NCBI GenBank assembly: GCA_964057225.1
Contig: CAXKVF010000075.1
Span: 124,001-188,000, forward strand
Source: Auanema rhodensis
Lineage: Eukaryota > Animalia > Nematoda
Direction: 5' to 3'
DNA: 64,000 nt
In this document: piece after piece, positions 55,801-64,000 of the stretch
Layout of the letters: each line of letters opens with the position of its first letter
Position numbering within the stretch: the stretch's first letter is position 1
Notes under the pieces: model-generated
Told to the model about the DNA's origin: nothing
What the model saw: the letters and a program-made list of their open reading frames with translations, nothing else
The model's database searches: none
Made by a program: the position numbers and the translations under genes

Positions 55801-58800
55801 TAAAAATTTGTTTTTAGACTAATATGGACATGGGGAATCTAATTTTGAAAACCGCATCTCTTTATCTTTCACGTGAAGCGAGTTACATACCAAGTGCACA
55901 TCACGTGTACATTTAATTAGCATTAATTAAAGTTCACGTAAATTTCAAAGTCATGGTTACCATGAACCAATATCAATAAAAATTTGTTTTTAGACTAATA
56001 TGGACATGGGGAATCTAATTTTGAAAACCGCATCTCTTTATCTTTCACGTGAAGCGAGTTACATACCAAGTGCACATCACGTGTACATTTAATTAGCATA
56101 AATTAAAGTTCACGTAAATTTCAAAGTCATGGTTACCATGAAGCAATATCAATAAAAGTTTGTTTTTAGACTAATATGGACATGGGGAATCTAATTTTGA
56201 AAACCGCATCTCTTTATCTTTCACGTGAAGCGAGTTACATACCAAGTGCACATCACGTGTACATTTAATTAGCATTAATTAAAGTTCACGTAAATTTCAA
56301 AGTCATGGTTACCATGAACCAATATCAATAAAAATTTGTTTTTAGACTAATATGGACATGGGGAATCTAATTTTGAAAACCGCATCTCTTTATCTTTCAC
56401 GTGAAGCGAGTTACATACCAAGTGCACATCACGTGTACATTTAATTAGCATAAATTAAAGTTCACGTAAATTTCAAAGTCATGGTTACCATGAACCAATA
56501 TCAATAAAAATTTGTTTTTAGACTAATATGGACATGGGGAATCTAATTTTGAAAACCGCATCTCTTCATCTTTCACGTGAAGCGAGTTACATACCAAGTG
56601 CACATCACGTGTACATTTAATTAGCATAAATTAAAGTTCACGTAAATTTCAAAGTCATGGTTACCATGAAGCAATATCAATAAAAATTTGTTTTTAGACT
56701 AATATGGACATGAGGAATCTAATTTTGAAAACCGCATCTCTTTATCTTTCACGTGAAGCGAGTTACATACCAAGTGCACATCACGTGTACATTTAATTAG
56801 CATTAATTAAAGTTCACGTAAATTTCAAAGTCATGGTTACCATGAACCAATATCAATAAAAATTTGTTTTTAGACTAATATGGACATGGGGAATCTAATT
56901 TTGAAAACCGCATCTCTTTATCTTTCACGTGAAGCGAGTTACATACCAAGTGCACATCACGTGTACATTTAATTAGCATTAATTAAAGTTCACGTAAATT
57001 TCAAAGTCATGGTTACCATGAAGCAATATCAATAAAAATTTGTTTTTAGACTAATATGGACATGGGGAATCTAATTTTGAAAACCGCATCTCTTTATCTT
57101 TCACGTGAAGCGAGTTACATACCAAGTGCACATCACGTGTACATTTAATTAGCATAAATTAAAGTTCACGTAAAATTCAAAGTCATGGTTACCATGAACC
57201 AATATCAATAAAAATTTGTTTTTAGACTAATATGGACATGGGGAATCTAATTTTGAAAACCGCATCTCTTTATCTTTCACGTGAAGCGAGTTACATACCA
57301 AGTGCACATCACGTGTACATTTAATTAGCATAAATTAAAGTTCACGTAAATTTCAAAGTCATGGTTACCATGAAGCAATATCAATAAAAATTTGTTTGTA
57401 GACTAATATGGACATGAGGAATCTAATTTTGAAAACCGCATCTCTTTATCTTTCACGTGAAGCGAGTTACATACCAAGTGCACATCACGTGTACATTTAA
57501 TTAGCATTAATTAAAGTTCACGTAAATTTCAAAGTCATGGTTACCATGAACCAATATCAATAAAAATTTGTTTTTAGACTAATATGGACATGGGGAATCT
57601 AATTTTGAAAACCGCATCTCTTTATCTTTCACGTGAAGCGAGTTACATACCAAGTGCACATCACGTGTACATTTAATTAGCATAAATTAAAGTTCACGTA
57701 AATTTCAAAGTCATGGTTACCATGAAGCAATATCAATAAAAATTTGTTTGTAGACTAATATGGACATGAGGAATCTAATTTTGAAAACCGCATCTCTTTA
57801 TCTTTCACGTGAAGCGAGTTACATACCAAGTGCACATCACGTGTACATTTAATTAGCATTAATTAAAGTTCACGTAAATTTCAAAGTCATGGTTACCATG
57901 AACCAATATCAATAAAAATTTGTTTTTAGACTAATATGGACATGGGGAATCTAATTTTGAAAACCGCATCTCTTTATCTTTCACGTGAAGCGAGTTACAT
58001 ACCAAGTGCACATCACGTGTACATTTAATTAGCATAAATTAAAGTTCACGTAAATTTCAAAGTCATGGTTACCATGAAGCAATATCAATAAAAATTTGTT
58101 TTTAGACTAATATGGACATGGGGAATCTAATTTTGAAAACCGCATCTCTTTATCTTTCACGTGAAGCGAGTTACATACCAAGTGCACATCACGTGTACAT
58201 TTAATTAGCATTAATTAAAGTTCACGTAAATTTCAAAGTCATGGTTACCATGAACCAATATCAATAAAAATTTGTTTTTAGACTAATATGGACATGGGGA
58301 ATCTAGTTTTGAAAACCGCATCTCTTTATCTTTCACGTGAAGCGAGTTACATACCAAGTGCACATCACGTGTACATTTAATTAGCATAAATTAAAGTTCA
58401 CGTAAATTTCAAAGTCATGGTTACCATGAAGCAATATCAATAAAAGTTTGTTTTTAGACTAATATGGACATGGGGAATCTAATTTTGAAAACCGCATCTC
58501 TTTATCTTTCACGTGAAGCGAGTTACATACCAAGTGCACATCACGTGTACATTTAATTAGCATTAATTAAAGTTCACGTAAATTTCAAAGTCATGGTTAC
58601 CATGAACCAATATCAATAAAAATTTGTTTTTAGACTAATATGGACATGGGGAATCTAATTTTGAAAACCGCATCTCTTTATCTTTCACGTGAAGCGAGTT
58701 ACATACCAAGTGCACATCACGTGTACATTTAATTAGCATAAATTAAAGTTCACGTAAATTTCAAAGTCATGGTTACCATGAAGCAATATCAATAAAAATT

Positions 58801-61800
58801 TGTTTTTAGACTAATATGGACATGGGGAATCTAATTTTGAAAACCGCATCTCTTTATCTTTCACGTGAAGCGAGTTACATACCAAGTGCACATCACGTGT
58901 ACATTTAATTAGCATTAATTAAAGTTCACGTAAATTTCAAAGTCATGGTTACCATGAACCAATATCAATAAAAATTTGTTTTTAGACTAATATGGACATG
59001 GGGAATCTAGTTTTGAAAACCGCATCTCTTTATCTTTCACGTGAAGCGAGTTACATACCAAGTGCACATCACGTGTACATTTAATTAGCATAAATTAAAG
59101 TTCACGTAAAATTCAAAGTCATGGTTACCATGAACCAATATCAATAAAAATTTGTTTTTAGACTAATATGGACATGGGGAATCTAATTTTGAAAACCGCA
59201 TCTCTTTATCTTTCACGTGAAGCGAGTTACATACCAAGTGCACATCACGTGTACATTTAATTAGCATAAATTAAAGTTCACGTAAATTTCAAAGTCATGG
59301 TTACCATGAAGCAATATCAATAAAAATTTGTTTGTAGACTAATATGGACATGAGGAATCTAATTTTGAAAACCGCATCTCTTTATCTTTCACGTGAAGCG
59401 AGTTACATACCAAGTGCACATCACGTGTACATTTAATTAGCATTAATTAAAGTTCACGTAAATTTCAAAGTCATGGTTACCATGAACCAATATCAATAAA
59501 AATTTGTTTTTAGACTAATATGGACATGGGGAATCTAATTTTGAAAACCGCATCTCTTTATCTTTCACGTGAAGCGAGTTACATACCAAGTGCACATCAC
59601 GTGTACATTTAATTAGCATAAATTAAAGTTCACGTAAATTTCAAAGTCATGGTTACCATGAAGCAATATCAATAAAAATTTGTTTTTAGACTAATATGGA
59701 CATGGGGAATCTAATTTTGAAAACCGCATCTCTTTATCTTTCACGTGAAGCGAGTTACATACCAAGTGCACATCACGTGTACATTTAATTAGCATTAATT
59801 AAAGTTCACGTAAATTTCAAAGTCATGGTTACCATGAACCAATATCAATAAAAATTTGTTTTTAGACTAATATGGACATGGGGAATCTAATTTTGAAAAC
59901 CGCATCTCTTTATCTTTCACGTGAAGCGAGTTACATACCAAGTGCACATCACGTGTACATTTAATTAGCATAAATTAAAGTTCACGTAAATTTCAAAGTC
60001 ATGGTTACCATGAAGCAATATCAATAAAAATTTGTTTGTAGACTAATATGGACATGAGGAATCTAATTTTGAAAACCGCATCTCTTTATCTTTCACGTGA
60101 AGCGAGTTACATACCAAGTGCACATCACGTGTACATTTAATTAGCATTAATTAAAGTTCACGTAAATTTCAAAGTCATGGTTACCATGAACCAATATCAA
60201 TAAAAATTTGTTTTTAGACTAATATGGACATGGGGAATCTAATTTTGAAAACCGCATCTCTTCATCTTTCACGTGAAGCGAGTTACATACCAAGTGCACA
60301 TCACGTGTACATTTAATTAGCATAAATTAAAGTTCACGTAAATTTCAAAGTCATGGTTACCATGAAGCAATATCAATAAAAATTTGTTTTTAGACTAATA
60401 TGGACATGGGGAATCTAATTTTGAAAACCGCATCTCTTTATCTTTCACGTGAAGCGAGTTACATACCAAGTGCACATCACGTGTACATTTAATTAGCATT
60501 AATTAAAGTTCACGTAAATTTCAAAGTCATGGTTACCATGAACCAATATCAATAAAAATTTGTTTTTAGACTAATATGGACATGGGGAATCTAATTTTGA
60601 AAACCGCATCTCTTTATCTTTCACGTGAAACGAGTTACATACCAAGTGCACATCACGTGTACATTTAATTAGCATAAATTAAAGTTCACGTAAATTTCAA
60701 AGTCATGGTTACCATGAACCAATATCAATAAAAATTTGTTTTTAGACTAATATGGACATGGGGAATCTAATTTTGAAAACCGCATCTCTTCATCTTTCAC
60801 GTGAAGCGAGTTACATACCAAGTGCACATCACGTGTACATTTAATTAGCATAAATTAAAGTTCACGTAAATTTCAAAGTCATGGTTACCATGAAGCAATA
60901 TCAATAAAAATTTGTTTGTAGACTAATATGGACATGAGGAATCTAATTTTGAAAACCGCATCTCTTTATCTTTCACGTGAAGCGAGTTACATACCAAGTG
61001 CACATCACGTGTACATTTAATTAGCATTAATTAAAGTTCACGTAAATTTCAAAGTCATGGTTACCATGAACCAATATCAATAAAAATTTGTTTTTAGACT
61101 AATATGGACATGGGGAATCTAATTTTGAAAACCGCATCTCTTTATCTTTCACGTGAAGCGAGTTACATACCAAGTGCACATCACGTGTACATTTAATTAG
61201 CATTAATTAAAGTTCACGTAAATTTCAAAGTCATGGTTACCATGAAGCAATATCAATAAAAATTTGTTTTTAGACTAATATGGACATGGGGAATCTAATT
61301 TTGAAAACCGCATCTCTTTATCTTTCACGTGAAGCGAGTTACATACCAAGTGCACATCACGTGTACATTTAATTAGCATAAATTAAAGTTCACGTAAAAT
61401 TCAAAGTCATGGTTACCATGAACCAATATCAATAAAAATTTGTTTTTAGACTAATATGGACATGGGGAATCTAATTTTGAAAACCGCATCTCTTTATCTT
61501 TCACGTGAAGCGAGTTACATACCAAGTGCACATCACGTGTACATTTAATTAGCATAAATTAAAGTTCACGTAAATTTCAAAGTCATGGTTACCATGAAGC
61601 AATATCAATAAAAATTTGTTTGTAGACTAATATGGACATGAGGAATCTAATTTTGAAAACCGCATCTATTTATCTTTCACGTGAAGCGAGTTACATACCA
61701 AGTGCACATCACGTGTACATTTAATTAGCATTAATTAAAGTTCACGTAAATTTCAAAGTCATGGTTACCATGAACCAATATCAATAAAAATTTGTTTTTA

Positions 61801-64000
61801 GACCAATATGGACATGGGGAATCTAATTTTGAAAACCGCATCTCTTTATCTTTCACGTGAAGCGAGTTACATACCAAGTGCACATCACGTGTACATTTAA
61901 TTAGCATTAATTAAAGTTCACGTAAATTTCAAAGTCATGGTTACCATGAAGCAATATCAATAAAAATTTGTTTTTAGACTAATATGGACATGGGGAATCT
62001 AATTTTGAAAACCGCATCTCTTTATCTTTCACGTGAAGCGAGTTACATACCAAGTGCACATCACGTGTACATTTAATTAGCATAAATTAAAGTTCACGTA
62101 AAATTCAAAGTCATGGTTACCATGAACCAATATCAATAAAAATTTGTTTTTAGACTAATATGGACATGGGGAATCTAATTTTGAAAACCGCATCTCTTTA
62201 TCTTTCACGTGAAGCGAGTTACATACCAAGTGCACATCACGTGTACATTTAATTAGCATAAATTAAAGTTCACGTAAATTTCAAAGTCATGGTTACCATG
62301 AAGCAATATCAATAAAAATTTGTTTGTAGACTAATATGGACATGAGGAATCTAATTTTGAAAACCGCATCTCTTTATCTTTCACGTGAAGCGAGTTACAT
62401 ACCAAGTGCACATCACGTGTACATTTAATTAGCATTAATTAAAGTTCACGTAAATTTCAAAGTCATGGTTACCATGAACCAATATCAATAAAAATTTGTT
62501 TTTAGACTAATATGAACATGGGGAATCTAATTTTGAAAACCGCATCTCTTTATCTTTCACGTGAAGCGAGTTACATACCAAGTGCACATCACGTGTACAT
62601 TTAATTAGCATAAATTAAAGTTCACGTAAATTTCAAAGTCATGGTTACCATGAAGCAATATCAATAAAAATTTGTTTTTAGACTAATATGGACATGGGGA
62701 ATCTAATTTTGAAAACCGCATCTCTTTATCTTTCACGTGAAGCGAGTCACATACCAAGTGCACATCACGTGTACATTTAATTAGCATTAATTAAAGTTCA
62801 CGTAAATTTCAAAGTCATGGTTACCATGAACCAATATCAATAAAAATTTGTTTTTAGACTAATATGGACATGGGGAATCTAATTTTGAAAACCGCATCTC
62901 TTTATCTTTCACGTGAAGCGAGTTACATACCAAGTGCACATCACGTGTACATTTAATTAGCATAAATTAAAGTTCACGTAAATTTCAAAGTCATGGTTAC
63001 CATGAAGCAATATCAATAAAAGTTTGTTTTTAGACTAATATGGACATGGGGAATCTAATTTTGAAAACCGCATCTCTTTATCTTTCACGTGAAGCGAGTT
63101 ACATACCAAGTGCACATCACGTGTACATTTAATTAGCATTAATTAAAGTTCACGTAAATTTCAAAGTCATGGTTACCATGAACCAATATCAATAAAAATT
63201 TGTTTTTAGACTAATATGGACATGGGGAATCTAATTTTGAAAACCGCATCTCTTTATCTTTCACGTGAAGCGAGTTACATACCAAGTGCACATCACGTGT
63301 ACATTTAATTAGCATAAATTAAAGTTCACGTAAATTTCAAAGTCATGGTTACCATGAAGCAATATCAATAAAAATTTGTTTGTAGACTAATATGGACATG
63401 AGGAATCTAATTTTGAAAACCGCATCTCTTTATCTTTCACGTGAAGCGAGTTACATACCAAGTGCACATCACGTGTACATTTAATTAGCATTAATTAAAG
63501 TTCACGTAAATTTCAAAGTCATGGTTACCATGAACCAATATCAATAAAAATTTGTTTTTAGACTAATATGGACATGGGGAATCTAATTTTGAAAACCGCA
63601 TCTCTTTATCTTTCACGTGAAGCGAGTTACATACCAAGTGCACATCACGTGTACATTTAATTAGCATTAATTAAAGTTCACGTAAATTTCAAAGTCATGG
63701 TTACCATGAAGCAATATCAATAAAAATTTGTTTTTAGACTAATATGGACATGGGGAATCTAATTTTGAAAACCGCATCTCTTTATCTTTCACGTGAAGCG
63801 AGTTACATACCAAGTGCACATCACGTGTACATTTAATTAGCATAAATTAAAGTTCACGTAAAATTCAAAGTCATGGTTACCATGAACCAATATCAATAAA
63901 AATTTGTTTTTAGACTAATATGGACATGGGGAATCTAATTTTGAAAACCGCATCTCTTTATCTTTCACGTGAAGCGAGTTACATACCAAGTGCACATCAC

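Larger units (their letters stand above)
9181..64000 (+). repeat. 176-bp tandem satellite array, right block (~311 monomers, runs off the window end)
   Basis: Same monomer and orientation as the left block. Phase shifts only by occasional 1-bp deletions and two 49-bp truncated units. Confidence 0.99.

Noticed and set aside
1-64000. CRISPR array or prokaryotic RT system (retron, DGR, RT-Cas1)
   Set aside because: There are no unique spacers, the units are contiguous 176-bp copies and there are no cas genes. The RT is fused to an APE endonuclease with a LINE tail and TSD.

Overview
Eukaryotic heterochromatin or centromere-like DNA, not a prokaryotic locus. About 94% of the window is a head-to-tail array of a 176-bp AT-rich satellite (about 340 monomers, all on one strand, usually 0-4 substitutions from consensus). 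The array is interrupted once, at 5403-9180, by a young 5'-truncated CR1-type non-LTR retrotransposon (LINE). The element has an ORF1 C-terminal remnant, an intact APE-endonuclease/reverse-transcriptase ORF2, a structured ~490-nt 3' UTR, an AATAAA+(AAAC)4 tail and a 6-8 bp target-site duplication. Most notable: ORF2 has no in-frame AUG before its endonuclease domain and lies in the +1 frame relative to ORF1. A UCA_UUU_CGC motif, like the UUU_CGN +1 frameshift signal of influenza PA-X and amalgaviruses, sits four codons before the ORF1 stop. The disordered ORF1 tail carries RYSLRP, resembling the foamy-virus Gag YxLRP nucleosome-binding motif. Satellite variants record nested 8-, 13-, 14- and ~50-60-monomer duplications, a left-to-right haplotype turnover and an emerging dimeric period. 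The organism cannot be determined from the sequence; CR1-type elements point to an animal. All analysis was by eye and no searches were run.
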